Part shown: piece after piece, positions 37,798-52,700 of the stretch
How the letters are laid out: every line of letters begins with the position of its first letter
Position numbering within the stretch: the first letter of the stretch is position 1
Origin: Sminthopsis crassicaudata
Taxonomy: Eukaryota
Assembly (NCBI RefSeq): GCF_048593235.1
Contig: NC_133621.1
Coordinates: 30,629,254-30,693,253, forward strand
Length of the DNA stretch: 64,000 nt
Reading direction: 5' to 3'
Notes under the pieces: model-generated
What the model was told of the DNA's origin: nothing
The model's input: the letters and a program-made list of their open reading frames with translations, nothing else
Databases searched by the model: none
Made by a program: the position numbers and the translations under genes

Positions 37798-40700
37798 AAG
37801 AAAGTCTTCTACAAGACAACCTGAAGACAGCAGGCATAGCATACCCACCCACTCATTCTTCCATGAGCCAGGCAAACTCAGTTCCTTTAACTGATCATTG
37901 AGGAGCTAGGCAGGAGAGTGATTGCTATGCCCAAGCCAGACTGAGAGGCGGATTTGAAGCTGGAACCAGGGACTGAATCCTGAGATTTGGGCAAGTGACT
38001 TTCCATTTTCAGGGCTTCTGTTTCTTCATCTGTGAAGAGGGCTTTGGATGAGATCACCTCCGAGGTCTGCCTGGCTTCCTCTAGGATCCTGAAGGGGATC
38101 ACCAAGTTTGAAAGGGCACAAAATGCTGGCAGATTCCTGGGATTTAAAAGCTATGAGAAGAGGCCCAAGCTAGATGATACCAAAGCCATGCCCCTCGGAG
38201 GCTGCCTCCCATCAGCTGAGAGGGATTCTTGTGAAGGGGAATCTTTAAAAACTACAGAGAGAACAAGGCCTCCAGGAAAACTTCTCTCTTACATAGAGCT
38301 TTGCCACTGCCCCATTGCCAGTTCAGTGTTCGTCCACCTGAAGCAGGTAGTCCCTGCTGCCCCACTAGATGTGGGAGCCAATAGTGGCAGCAGTAAATAG
38401 AGCCAGGCTGAGAGAGTTCACACCTCATACTGGGACAGAAGCCAGGGAGATCTGAACTCTGACCTTTTACTTCAGACCTTTACAAGCCACGTGGCCCTGG
38501 GTAATCACTGACCTTTCTAAGCTTTAGACTCCTCATCTGTTAAATGGGAAAGATAATCAATCATATCCATCTGACAGACTTGGTGTGAGGACCAATGAAT
38601 GTCAAGTATTTTGCAAATCTTAAAGCAATATAGAAATGGGTGCCACTGTTGCTGTTGTTGTAGGGAAAAGCTGGCTATGACCTCAGAAAAACCGTTCCCT
38701 TTCCCACAAAACTAAGCATTTGTTAAGCACCAATTGCCTGCAGAGAACTATGCTAAACATGGAGGGGAAAGAAAAAAAGAAATAAAAGCCTAACCTCCTT
38801 GAGCTAATGACCTCAGGGAAAAGATGAAGTAATTGGAAATAATATAAGCTCTAGCTAGAGAAGCAAGTCTGTGGATGATAAAGCACTGGCCTGAGTTCAA
38901 ATCCTACCTCACTAAGCAACTCATTTTACAGATATGTAAATATGAGGAGTAACAATAGCCTCTGCCACCCAAGGTGGTTACGTACGGTACCCTACGTAAA
39001 AGCCAGCTATTATTACCTGGGAGATATCTGGAGTAAGCTGACTGACACAGATTTAAGGGGAAAGGTTTCATAGAGGGTTATGCAAGAAGAGAAGTCACAT
39101 GATCTGAGAAAGCAGCATAGAAGCAACTTAAAAAAATAAAAAAAATAAAAAAAACCTTTACCCCTAATACAAATTCAGTTTCATAAACAATCCTCTTTTC
39201 TACTCTTCCTTGTCTATTGAAGAGTTCATGGCTGTCAATACACAAAGCAGCAAAGTCTCCGTCGAGTTACAGAATATTAAGGAAAACTCATCAGTATCCT
39301 AGTGTGCAGACAGGTGACTCAGTGGACAGAGCACTAAGCTGGAGTCAGGAAGATTTAAGTTCAAATCCAGCCCACCCAAAGCGCTGACCTGAGTTCAAAT
39401 CCTACCTCACTAAGCTGTGTGGGCCTGGGCAACTCATTTGATAGAAAGTTAAATATCTATAAATATTTATAGGAGAATATTTTCCTATAGGAGAGAAATT
39501 CAGCTCTCTTTTTGGATAGGAAGTGGGGGTGGCAGGGAGGTGTTGAAGAATGTTGCTCCCATTGTCAAAGGTGCTCACCGTTATACTTAACAAATGTCCT
39601 TGTTTAACGAGGAGGCTGCTCATTTGGGGAAGGATATGGGGATGCCGAGAAATCATGCTGATTTTGAAAACAAAGGCATCCTCTGGGATTTTGAGCATTC
39701 TGGAGGTAGCAATGAAAAAATCTCTCAAGAGATGTCAAAGGAAACACAAACTCTTACCTTAAACAGATAGAAATAAACTTGTTTGGTATCTGCATCTTCT
39801 TCTTTGTGAACACAAGTGAAGAGATATTCCACATCCAACACTATGCCAAGGAGCCGATTCATTTCTTCCTCTGACACGTTCTCCAGGTGAGACACATGAG
39901 CAGCTGAAAGGGAGCAGTGAAAACATTCCAAGTAAGATGGGAGCTAACCGGAAGCAGCTCAACGAGGCTCACTTAGGCTCACATCAACCCAAAGGGATCC
40001 ACAATAAACCAAAACTCAAATTTCCCAAGCTCTGTTAAGATCTTAGTCTTCCCAATAATTTTCTTCTTATAATTATTCTAGTCCTAAGTATCCCAAGGGA
40101 CCGACCCAAACTACATAAAGTCAGAAACCAATCTGATTATTAAGGAACACAGGTGGGTGACTTTTCTCTGGAGGTCAAGATGGGACAACATTCTGAGAGA
40201 TCTCAGACTGAAATTACAAACAATGATCCTTTCTCTGCAAGCAGATCTCCCTCCATTCTGCAGGGCCTTCTAGCAAATCTATTGGGTCCTAGAACACAAA
40301 AGCAAATTCCCCTGGAAATCCAGCCGTACAGCCTCCTCTGATTTTTGTCCAGGATAAACCGATAAATTCTATGACCTGAAGACTTTTTCTGATGAACATT
40401 CTACCAATCAGAGGCTAAATCCAGTTCTACTTAGGCTGAACTTTGGAGATCTAGACAATCTCACCTTTAAGGACAGATTGGAGATGGGCTCCATTTACTG
40501 CCTTTGTTCGTGAGATGGCCCATTCTTAGCAATGGCTTCCCTGTTCCTCTTTAATCTCTAGTTTATGTTTCAAGACATAGTTCAAGTCTCAGACTCTCTA
40601 CGACAAAGTGTTCCCTGACCATCGCTAGCTGTGGCGTGTTTCTTTTCTCTGAATCTTTATTATCTATACCACTCAAATGCCTATCATCATTAAGACTTAG

Positions 40701-43700
40701 ATAGGTATGAGTAACAGTAATAACATAACACCTTCCACTGCGATTAGAGCCTCTGTGTGTGGGTTGTCTGACCCCAGTTTGAGATCATCTTGGAACCCCC
40801 CGGTATACCACAGGTGCTCAATAAATACAAGCTAATAGCATGATTGGTTAAGGGAAAGTTGTTTCTTATTGAAAAGAGCTTCTACAACGGGATCAACACT
40901 AGAAAGAAAGCATTCCTCCCAGGAAGACTGGCACCAGAAGCAATTTATTTATTTTTGAATGAATGTAAGAGGCAAAGGGACACCGTGGTGTGTTGAATGG
41001 AACACTAGGCTTCAGAGTCAAGAAGACTGGGTTCAAATCCTACCTCTAACATGTACTACTTGTATAATTTCAAGCAATCATTTAAGCCACTCTGAGCCTC
41101 AGTTTCTCATGACTCTAATGTTTTTGGCAACAGAGGGGAGGATCAAGGTTGTATGAGCATTTAGAACTGATATCATTAGTGCAGTGAGCTCTCTGTGTGG
41201 AAATTCCCTCCATCAATCAATGCAGAGCAGCAAAACTGGAGAATTGCCCAGGGGACTCAGGGGCACATAACTTAGACACACATGAGGAGCAAGATCTGAG
41301 TCCAGATCATCTTGACTCCGAGGCTATCTACCAATCATGTCCTGCTTCCTTTCTGTAAAATGGACGTTCTACTTGTGGCATTCACCTCAAAGGCACGCCA
41401 TCATGTGGTGAGGCCACAGTAAAATAACACAGCAAAGCACTTGTTATATAAACGTTAAGTTCTGATTATCATTTCTCATCCTTGCTAAGAACTAAGGAGG
41501 GAACAGGGTGTTTTCTAGGGCTAGGCCAAAAGAAATTAATTAATACTGGGATGGGGGGGGTGTGTGTGGAGGGGGTGACAATCCAGTAAATGATATGAAG
41601 GCAGAAGCAAAGAAATGAAAATTAGAGCTATAACAGCCACCTTTCTTCTTGGATTGTAAGGCAGAAAAGTAATGGAAAGTAGAAACTTTCAAACCCTTTG
41701 CTGCTGTTCAGTTGTTTTGGTTATTTCTGCCTCTCTGACCCATTTGGGATTTCTTAGCAAAGATACTGGGGCAGTTTGCCACTTCCATCTCCAGTTCATT
41801 TTACAGGTGAGGAAACTGAGGCAGACAAGGTTAATGATTTGCCCAGAGTCACAGAACCAGTAAGAGTCTGAGGCCAGATTTAAACTTTCTAACTCCAGAC
41901 CTGGCACTCTAACCACTGTACCACCTAGCTGCCCTTTCTAACCTTTCAAGTCTACTCAAGTCTACATCTGAGAGCATGCATCTGCACGGCATGTACACGA
42001 CGTGCCCAGCAGAGATCTTCCCCCAAAGGGTAGTGATACAATTAGCGTTAGGGGTATGCAGGGCATCCTGAATGATAAGGAAAGAAGTCTACTTGGAAAA
42101 TCACAGTAACAGATTCAACCGCATTATGTTACCAAATAAAAAAACTGTGACCCACAGAAATGTAGCAAACAGAAAAGCTACAAATGGTGACTGTATACAC
42201 AAGAAAGATACACACGGGTGCAACAATGCTCTAGCCTCAATCTGGTCCATCACAGAATTTGCCGTTCAACCAAGAATCCCCACGTGTTTCATTCATGAGC
42301 TTTAAAATACTGAGTATCTGAAAGATTTCTGGACTTTATCCCCATTATATAGCAGAAGATGCATTTGCTGCTGATGGATGCATTCTAAAGAAGCCACTGT
42401 TCACTTCTCCCTTTCAGGGAGGCCTTTGCTTCCTCTTACAAGAAAACTAATCGACTGATTAGTTGGAAGAAAGAAGAAAAAAAAGAAAAGAAAAACCCTG
42501 AAGATGTCTGTCTTTCTGGGCAGTTCCACTGCCTTCCAGTGCCAAGTTGCTGAAAGAAAACTTGGGCCAAAGGAGGAATCAGTGTATTGTGCAACAAGTT
42601 CCCGGAGCCACCCAATTACCCCATCCTGGTCAAATTAAATCTGTTATTTATAAGCAGTTTAAATCTTCAAAGTACATGGACTAGTTTATCTGAAAAATCA
42701 TCTTCACGCGCATTTCTGGTTGTGGATGAGATAAAAACTTAAGTAAAGCAAATGAGTTCTAAGAAGTTTGGCTCCATTAGCAATTACTCATTTCCCTCCT
42801 ACTTTATTTAGATTAAATCAGCTTCTGGGTTTCAAAAAAAATGTTCAAAGGAGGGGGAGGAGGAAAGAGAAAATCAGAGATTCTAGAAAAGGGACATGAT
42901 AAGTTGAGAAGGGTCTCTCTTGCCCACCCCCCACCCCCCACCCCCCAGAAGCATCTGCAAAAGGAGGTTCCATGCGGATTTATCTCTGGCTCAATGATGC
43001 TATGATCTGAAAGCATCTGGAGCCTAGATCCTGGGGGCAGTTTTAAAGGGAAGGAAGAGGAATGACTTCTTCTGGAGCAGGAGCTCCTGACCCAGGGTCT
43101 ATGAACTTCTGTCAAAACCATTTTTGTAATTTATATTCTGTGTTGAATGCTATGGATTTTCTTACTTAAAACCTTACACGAAAGGGGGTCTGGTCTGTAG
43201 ACTTTGACCAGACTGCCAAAAGAATGTTAAAATGTTAAGCCCCTGGCCAAGGAAGCTAGGGTAGGATGAAAGGCTGAGGGTTGTGGGAAGGAGGAGATAA
43301 GGTAAGTTGAGACCATCTGCTTTAAGCAGGGCCTCAGGGATGGACTGTGGGATTAAAGGAAGGAAAAAGGGTCTGGCATGGCTGCTTTGGGGAGAGTTGA
43401 TTGGACCAAAACTCTTATCTCCTTCAAGACACAGCCAAGCTGTTGTACAACAGAAACATGGAGTGATCTCCATCTGTTACTGGGACCTCTTCCACCAAGA
43501 GGTCTCGTCATGTGACCCTGCCTGGCCAAATGTAAATGTCCTTTCTCTATCACCACCAAATCCCAGCCCGTTCTTGGAACCAGTGATCACTCCTTTTTCT
43601 CACAGTCTGAACCAGCCCCATTAATGACCCAGCAGCATTAACTCCTCTAAATCTAGAAGGGTTCCTGAACTCACACCCAAGTTCTAATCCCTTGCTGCCA

Positions 43701-46700
43701 GCTGGGGTTTTCTTAACACAAATACCAGGTCATTATGTCTATTCATTATAAAATGCACTAGAGGACTGGGTTAGGCATCAGGAAACTGGGAGCTGGAAGC
43801 CTGCCAGCTCTGTGATCCTGGCAATTCACTGAATTTCTCAGCCTCAGTTTTCTCTTCAGTAAAATGGGGGGATTAACATTCTCTACATTATAGAGTCAGG
43901 ATCAAGTGAGATAAACAGCAAAGCTGCTTTGGAAGACTTAAAGAGCTACCTAAATAGTTATTTACTGTTGTTGATACTACTCTAATTTCATAGAAAACCT
44001 TCTCCCCCTCCTAGTTGCTTTATTTCTACAAGTGACATCAATGTTTTCTTCCTCCAAACTTGAAAAAACTCTATGGTCCTATCCCATAAATCCATGCAAG
44101 GGCAGTTTTTGAGCTGGAAGGGAGACTAGGGGCTCTCTAGTCCAACTCCTTCATTTTTCAGATAAGGAAACTGAGGTATGAGGCAGGTCAAGTGACTTGC
44201 CTCAGGTCACAAAGCTAGCAAATATCAGAGATGAGGTTTGAACATAGGGCTTCCTGACTCCCTATAAACTATGCCCTTTTGACTCTTAAACTGTGGGGTG
44301 TTTAACCTGGAGAAGACTAGGACTGAAAGAAGATAACTGGATAAGAAGCAAGATTCTCTGATTCCAAATCCAGTAGCCTTTATACAACACTAATCTTGCG
44401 TAGCCAATCAGCCACAAAGCTCTGTTGACTGGTTCTTCTCATTATCACATGTTTATTCTTTTCTATTTCTCCCCTTACTGCCCTGGTCTAGAATAAATAC
44501 CTCATTAACTTGGGCCTCCATTGCTGAAAGCGCCTCAAAACCAGAAAGCTGATTTGCTTCAATCATCCCCTCCCTGATGAATACGTCCCCAATGGCGCCA
44601 AGCTCTGCAAGCCAAAGTTGCCCCAAATTAGCTTCTGCCATTCCCACACTCACAGGATATCAGAGTTGGAAGACATCTCAGTGCCCATCTATTCTAAGTG
44701 AAAAAGAATCCCATCTATAGTGTATATACCCAATGAGCTGCTATCTATCTTTTCTTGAAGACCCTCAATGAGAGAGAATAAACATTAGCTCTAAAATCAA
44801 AGGGACTTGGGTTCAAAAGCTCCTTCCAGGTCTTACTACCAGTTGGCTTTGAGCAAATCGGTCAACCTTTCAAGACTTTGATTTTCTCACCAATGAAAAT
44901 GAATGACTAGATTTACATGAACTGATGCCAAGTATAGCAAGCAGAACCAGGAATACCCTGTACACAGTAGCAGCAAGATTGTGAGAAGACTTGGTTCTTC
45001 TCAGAGGTTCACTGACCCAAGGCAATCCCAATAGACTTTGGATAGAAAACCTTTTTTTTTTTAAAATCCCTCCCATGATTTTTCCCTTTTGTTCTGACTT
45101 TTCTCTCAACTTGATTCATAAAGAAATGCATATTTAAAAAGTTAATATACATATATAACCAGGAAAAAAAATTAAAAAAAAAAGGAAAAGAAAAGAAAAG
45201 AAAAAAGGAAATGAATGACCAGATTGCCTTTGAGGCCTCCCAGCACCAGAGACTGTATCTTTTTCGAAGCCATAGAGTTTATTCCTCATCTGGATAACTC
45301 TCCATGAGACATGCTTCATTTCATGCACTAGATGTTGAATCATGGATTCTAAGAGCTAGAAGAAGCCTTAGAAAACCTCTATCCCATTATTGGATATGGA
45401 GCAAGATCAGGTATAAAGGCAACTTTGTGGAATCCATTTTAAAACAGGAAGTCCTGCAGGAGATCATTATATACTTCAACAACAATACTATATGATGATC
45501 AATTCTGATGGACGAGGCCCTCTCTGACAATGAGATGAACCAAATCAGGTCCAATAGAGCAGTAATGAACTGAACCAGCTGCACCCAGCGAAAGAACTCT
45601 GGGAGAGGACTATGAACCACTACATGGAATTCCCAATCCCTCTGTTTTTGTCTGCCTGCATTTTTTATTTCCTTCACAGGCTAGTTGTATATTATTTCAA
45701 AGTCCGATTCATTTTGTACAGCAAAACAACTGTTAAATACATATATTGTATTTAATTTATACTTTAACATATGTAACATGTATTGGTCAACCTGCCATCT
45801 TGGGGGGGAGGGGGGAAGGAGGAGAAAAATTAGAACAAAAGGTTTGGCAATTGTCAATGTTGTCAAACTATTAAACAAACAAACAAACAAACAAACAAAA
45901 ACAGGAAGTCCTGGATTTGAATTCTGTCTCTAGCTCATCCTGGTTGTGTCATTTCAGGCTGTCTGCTCAACCTTTTGGTGCTCTAACCAATGCTCTAAGT
46001 CAGGGATTCTTAATTGTTAATGTTCCTGAATTTGGTTGGCAGCTTCCCCTTTTCTGATAAAGCTTTCTCAGGCTTTCTTAATGCCTAAAATAAAATAGAG
46101 GAAACCAATTCTAGCAAAATAGCTACCAAAAAGTATACTTTTTTTAAGTTCACAGTCCCCCAAGATTGGCAAGATGTACAAAAGGTGCTACCTGCATTGA
46201 GAAGTGCTTTCTCACCTTGGAGTTCCCTATACCAATAAACTGGTATAAAATCACTACTCTGGGCCCTTTCCCTAAAAATCATCCATTCTCACCCTTTTAC
46301 TTTAGAGATGAAGAGAATAAAGACCAAATGTAATGGATCTGCCCAACAATCTACTGAAAATGTCAATGAATTATCAATGAATTTTGACTAATTTTTGATG
46401 AGTTTAACAAATATCAATGAAATTTGGTGAATCAAATCTTTACAGTTTTAATGCAAATTTCCACAATCTCTAGCAGGTCGCCTCACGCATCCATTTTCTT
46501 AGTAGTGGCCCAGCTGCACCAAGGAAGCCTTAGCGTGAAGGAAACAGCGCACTTCTGAAATGTACCTCCCACCGCCTCAGTAAGGCCCCAGCTATGAGCC
46601 TTGGTGTGATGCTGACCTCAATCATTCTGCAGCAGTGAGACCATACCCCTTGTCTGTCAAGTATAATACTCAAAATTGGTCCCACAGAACTTTAAGTTCA

Positions 46701-49700
46701 ATGAGGCAACATCCCTACTGCCTAACCTTAGTTCTTTCTGAAGGTCTCAGCAGGCCAGATGCTTCTCCTTTGCACCTTCCACATACCTAGAATGCCAGTG
46801 TGCCCCAGGAAGGGGAGAGGAACCAAATCACATCTTTTGCTACACTCCAGTGATAATGATAATGAATTTATATGGCACTTGTAGACTTAAAGGGACTGAA
46901 TCAATGTCATTTCAGTATATCCTCTTAATAAGTCTGGGAGGAAGGTGCTATGGCTATCATCTATATTTTACAGATGAGAAATCTAGGGAGAAAGACAGAG
47001 AATAAGGGCCTACTATGTGCCAGGCACTATGGTAAATGCTTTTTCTTTTTTAAAACAAATGTTATCTCACTTGATTCTCATACCAACTCTGTAAGGTAGG
47101 TGATATTATTCCCATTTTATAGTTGAAGAAACTGAGGAAAGCTTGCTTAGATCATAAAACTAATAAGTGTCTGAAGCGAGATTTAAACTCAGGTCCTCTA
47201 GGCCTAGCACTCTACCTACTTTACCACCCATTCAGAGAGGGAAAGTGTCCATAGAGGAGGCTGCAAAGCCCTTAAACTTAAGCACATTATGGGCTGGCGA
47301 TGTCAGTTTTGGGCAGGTTTCAAGATATTCAAGGAGTGGAGGAGCACAGCAGGACTACCTAAGAGGCCCCTTCACTGTTTTACCTATAAAAAATAGGAAC
47401 AGTGACAACATTTGCACAGCACTTCATGACTTGCACAGCAGGTTATAAATATCTCATTTGATCCTCACGACAGCCCTAGTAAAGTAAGTCCTGTTATTAT
47501 CAACATTTTACACATGAGGAAACTGAGATACAGACAGATTAAGTAACTTTCAAGGGATCACACAGTTAGCATGTAACTGAAGCAGTTTTGAATGCGAATC
47601 TACCCAGCTTCCAAGTTCAGTCCCTCATAAACTACGCCACTTGTCTAGCTCTGGATGTTTCTCCTGGAAAACTTGGGAAGCAGCGAGGTGGGAGGAAAGG
47701 GAAGTAGAGCGATGTGCTCAAATATCTGAAGGGCTCCCTTGTGAAAGAAGGATCACACATTCTGCTTAAGCCCACAAGGCAAAACCAGAGGCACTTTTAG
47801 GGAGAAGGATGGGAGGAAAAGCTTATTCACTCCCCAGTGCGACTCATCTCTAGACTTTGCTATGATAAAAAAACTGCCAGACTGTTGTTAGAAGGCTCCA
47901 AAAGCTGTGGCTGCCTCAGGAAATGAGAGGTTCCGCCCAACTGGTGAGCTGCCTTCAGAGGCTGGATGAACAGCTTCCAGAGGTGCTGGAAAAGGGGCTC
48001 ACCCTTCTCCCCAGGTACAGATTAGCAAGATGGCTGCCAAGCTCATCTCCACTTGGATTTGGAGAACCAGAAAACACACAGCTCCCCTCCGAATTGCTCT
48101 GAGAACCCCTCTCTATCTGTGGGGGCTTTTTTCACTATGATAAAAAGGAAAAAGCTTTTGTTTGCTTTCAGTTTCTTCAAGAACCTGGCTCAGCTGTTTT
48201 GTGCTACGTCAAGTTTGAAAATACCCTCAGTGTTAAGAGATAGTAATCTGCCAAGACAGCCGGCCAAGAACCCCAAGGCAGCTGTTACCTTGATAGAAAC
48301 AGGAAATGCATGGTCACCTTGGCTCTGGGACCCTCTCCAGACACCCACTTCATTCATCATTTGAGACATCCTTGCCTGCAGTTTGAAAAAGTTGACAGTC
48401 CTGTATGTGTATGTCTGGAAAACTAGAGAAAAGTANNNNNNNNNNNNNNNNNNNNNNNNNNNNNNNNNNNNNNNNNNNNNNNNNNNNNNNNNNNNNNNNN
48501 NNNNNNNNNNNNNNNNNNNNNNNNNNNNNNNNNNNNNNNNNNNNNNNNNNNNNNNNNNNNNNNNNNNNNNNNNNNNNNNNNNNNNNNNNNNNNNNNNNNN
48601 NNNNNNNNNNNNNNNNNNNNNNNNNNNNNNNNNNNNNNNNGGAAAGGGAGTGGAGAGGAAAGGAAAGGGAGGGAGGAAAGAGTGAGGTGAGTTCACTATG
48701 TGTGCATTTATATTCCTAGAATACTGTAACATTGGTACATAGTAGGCATGTCAGGTTTACTGATGGACTGATTTCTGCTTTTGCTGTTTAATATATCCTA
48801 CCTTTTTAGACATTGTTACATGCTCAGGATTCAAACAGATTTTATATTCATAGGATCTGAGATGGGGACTAAAAGTAAAGATGCCGGTGGCGAACCATTG
48901 CAAGAAACCTATGGAAGGTTTACATGGTACCTCCAGGCCTGGTATTCAGACTCCAGCATCTATAACATGACTTTTAAAGCTGGAAATCTTAAATGGAGGG
49001 GAAAAAAAACACCGTCCCAGTCTACCAGGAAAAAGTGTAGAATCAAAGCCCCAGCCAATACTTAGGCTCTTCTAAAACAGGTTCAAAATGGCTGCCCACT
49101 TTATTATTATTATTATCATCAAGACACATCAGCTTAGCCTTGTGTTAATCCCTCGTCCATTCACCCCTAGCAAACAGCAAGAAGTATAAGGTGAGAACAA
49201 AATAATGTGGCTTTCAAAAATCTTCCCACCGAGCCACTTGGCCACTGCGGGCACTTGCGCTGGTGATTGGATCACATAACATAACTGCGTTAAGCCAAGA
49301 TGACCCAGTTCGAAGCACCCTCCTCACCCCCTGATATTCTATCATGGATAATCTGTATTGTGCATTTGCTTTTCTGTCAAAGTGTTGCTCCCCACCCTAC
49401 CCCCAACCCCAGAATGAGGCAAAAGCTCCAGAGAACAAAGACAGTTTTGTTTTGATTTTCATCCTTGATGCCAAGTACAATGCCTGGCAAAACCATTCTC
49501 AAAGTTATATGGAACCTTTATAAGTGTTTGCTGAACAAATAGATGGATGGCTAGATGTCCATGTGCGTCATGTGCTATGTCTGGATTCTCCTCCATTATT
49601 GGGTAGGTAGGTAGTGGGGGGGCTCTATAGGGATGGCAAGGGAGGAGTTGGGCAAGAGCAAAGAGCAGAATGAGTGTCTATAGAAATCCTCATGTCCAGT

Positions 49701-52700
49701 CTGTGAACTTTTAAATATATATATATATATATTTCCAAGTTTTCATAATTTAATTATTGTTATTTTACATAATCTATTTTTATAAATTTAAAAACTAGAA
49801 TAATGTTTTTAAATTTATAAAAATAGATTATTATTAACTCTAAGGCGTTCACAAATACCACCAGACTGCCAAAGGGATCTAAGATACAAAAAAAAAAAAA
49901 AGGGTGAGAACCACTCTAGCCCTACCCAAATGTGGTGGTCAGTAGGGGCACAGTGAAGGCCAAACAGGCCAATCAAGAAAAGTTGGATTCCCATTTTCCC
50001 CTGCTCCATCCGGTTCTGTGACCCTGAGACAATCACAGCCTCTCCAGGCTCCCGGCAAAGCTCTGAGAAGATCTAGCATTTCTCTAGCACTTTAAGGCTC
50101 GTATGTGTCTCATTTGTTGCTCACAACAAACCTGAGAAGAAAATGCTATTATTTCTTTTTTAGATGATCACTGAAGCTGATATTCAGTGATGTGCCCAGG
50201 ATTACACAGCTAGTGAGGGTCTGCAGGAGGACGGAATCAGATCTCTGAGAACCTTAGAAGACCTAAAAAGATTCCAAGTTAGAATGCAGATGCCAGTGTA
50301 CATTGAGAGAGACTGTTATTCCTCCTTCTGGGCTTCTCCAGATCATTCAAATATACTGATTCAAAAGATTTTTCAAAACTTGCTTTTGAAGTTTGAAAAT
50401 CAAAATCTAACCAAAATCATGTGTGCCTTTTTTACAACTTTAAGCCAAGAACTAGAGTACCTATAGTGGTGAGTTGAGGATAGTGCTGGTCACCCATAAT
50501 TCCTGCTACCAGGAAGACGGAGGCAGGCAGAGCACTAGAGGCCACAGAAGCTATGGCATTAGTGTCCTCCCCAAGTCCAGCATTTTCAGATGGAGCTGAG
50601 GGAGGTTTCAGGCTGCCTAAGGAGAGAGGAAGCTGAACCACCAAGAAAGAAGGGACAGACCCATGAGAGGCTAGCCTGCAAACCACAGGAAGACTCAGTC
50701 TTTAAGGGGAAAAAAAGATAAATGTAATTGTGGAAGGAATGAGCTTCCTGTGCTGGGCAAAGTCTGTACTATATATTTATAGGCAGCCAAACAGGATTAA
50801 CTGCTGCATCTCCTATTTCTGCCATTAAAGCAAAGTGTTTAGGATACTCAGAAGAGGCTTAAAGCAGCTGCCATTCCACACAATCCAACAGTAAACAATT
50901 ATTTTAGTGCTTCAGAGACTAGAAAAATCAACCATTAAGCACTTAATAAGCTCCTACCCTATAGGCCTGGTACTCTGCTGGGCAATGGGGAGACAAAGGC
51001 AAAAAAAAAAAAAAAAAATAGTATCTGCCCTCAAGAAGTTTACAATTCTATCACGATTCTCACAGTGTAGATTCCTCCATCTCTCTTCCTCTTATCTACC
51101 TCTATTTCTGGCTATGTTTTTCTATGTCTCTCTGTTTTTCTCTTTATTTCTTCTAACCTCCCAAAGATATTAACAAAGATATTAATTAAGAGATCTAGTT
51201 TTTAGAATTTTCAGAGTTTCTTGGGAGGGAAAAAAAAACTTTTTTAATTATATTTTTATTTCAATACAATTTGTTGGGCAGAACCTCGGACACTTTTAAC
51301 ACTCCCTAGCTGTGTGACCCTAGGCAAGTCACTTAACCCTAACTGCCTCAGTTGGGAAAAAAAAAGTTTCTTTTGCAATCTTCTGTAGTTTATCATCCCA
51401 ATATTTATTTTATTCATTTAAAATTACTATTCTGCCAAGGAGCTCCTAAGTTTCTTTAAATACGAAAGGGATTCATGATATAAAAAGAATTAAAAATTCA
51501 CACTTTAGAATTATTTTTTATATACGGAATAAGGGGTAGGAAGGCTTTATTGAAAAGCTTTTACCTTTACTGAAAGCTAAGGGATATAGGGGGAAGGGTG
51601 CTAGGTGGTGTAGTGGAAAGAATAGCTAGACTTGGGGTCAGAAAGCCTCATCTTCCCAAGTTCAAAACTTTCCTGAGACACTAACTGGGAAAGTCACTTA
51701 AGCCCATTTGCCTCAGTTTCCTCATCTGTAAAATTGAGTTAGAGAAGGAAATGACAGCCCACACCAGTAACTTTGCCAAGAAATCCTCAGTGGGGTAATA
51801 AGAGACTACATGAATGACAGCGATTGAACAACATATAGGGACCAATTACATTATGGTAACCCCTAGTTAAATATCCAACTCACTTCCACCTATTATGGGA
51901 GATACTCCACTAGGCACTCATGAACACTTATAACACTCATGAAACCTTTCCTTGGGGTCCTCACATAAATTCACATATACATATACTTAAAATGTATAGA
52001 CAAGTGAACACAAAGTATGGACAAATAATACAAATTAACTTCAAGGGACAAACTGCAGGATATAAACCATCTGTCCTACCAGGATTTCCACCGTCAACAG
52101 AAAAACTGGAAGAAGATGAAAAAGAGAAGGAAGAGAATGACAAGTGAACATTTGTTCTCATCAAGACCACTTGACCAAGGCTAGCAAAAGCCAAATTCTA
52201 TTGAACCAGTAATAAAACTCATTCAAGTCAGATGGTACGGTGCAATAGCAAGAACAGCAGATTTGGCATTGGAGGCCCTGGGTTCAGATCTTAGCTCTCA
52301 CACTGACCCTGCAGTGCGTTATCAGGTGCCTTATGTATAAAATTACAGGGTTGGCTGGCTGACCTCCACCTTATCTCTAGCTCTTAAATTGCACTCCTAG
52401 GCCCCATAGTCTCACAATGTTAATCTCTTCCCCAATGGGGACTCTTGGTTTTCTCTTCATGTATTAGAGGGCTCATGGATTCCAAGCAGGACAAGCTCAT
52501 TTAAATGTCTACCAAGAACAGGAAGGAATCTCCACATTTCAGGATTAAGAGACATTTAAAATCATCTTTCAGAATAACAAGATTAAGCAAACAGAGATTT
52601 GTGATTTGCATCAAATATACTTGAGTGCCCATGCTACTGATTATCAGGCAGGGCCCCAGGTTTGCTGACTTCCAAGCCTTATACCCTGTTGCTTCCCTCA

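Noticed and set aside
42445-42464. 8-bp inverted repeat aactaatc-gact-gattagtt
   Set aside because: Several such stems are expected by chance in 64 kb, and the spacing does not match the paired-homeodomain P3 site.
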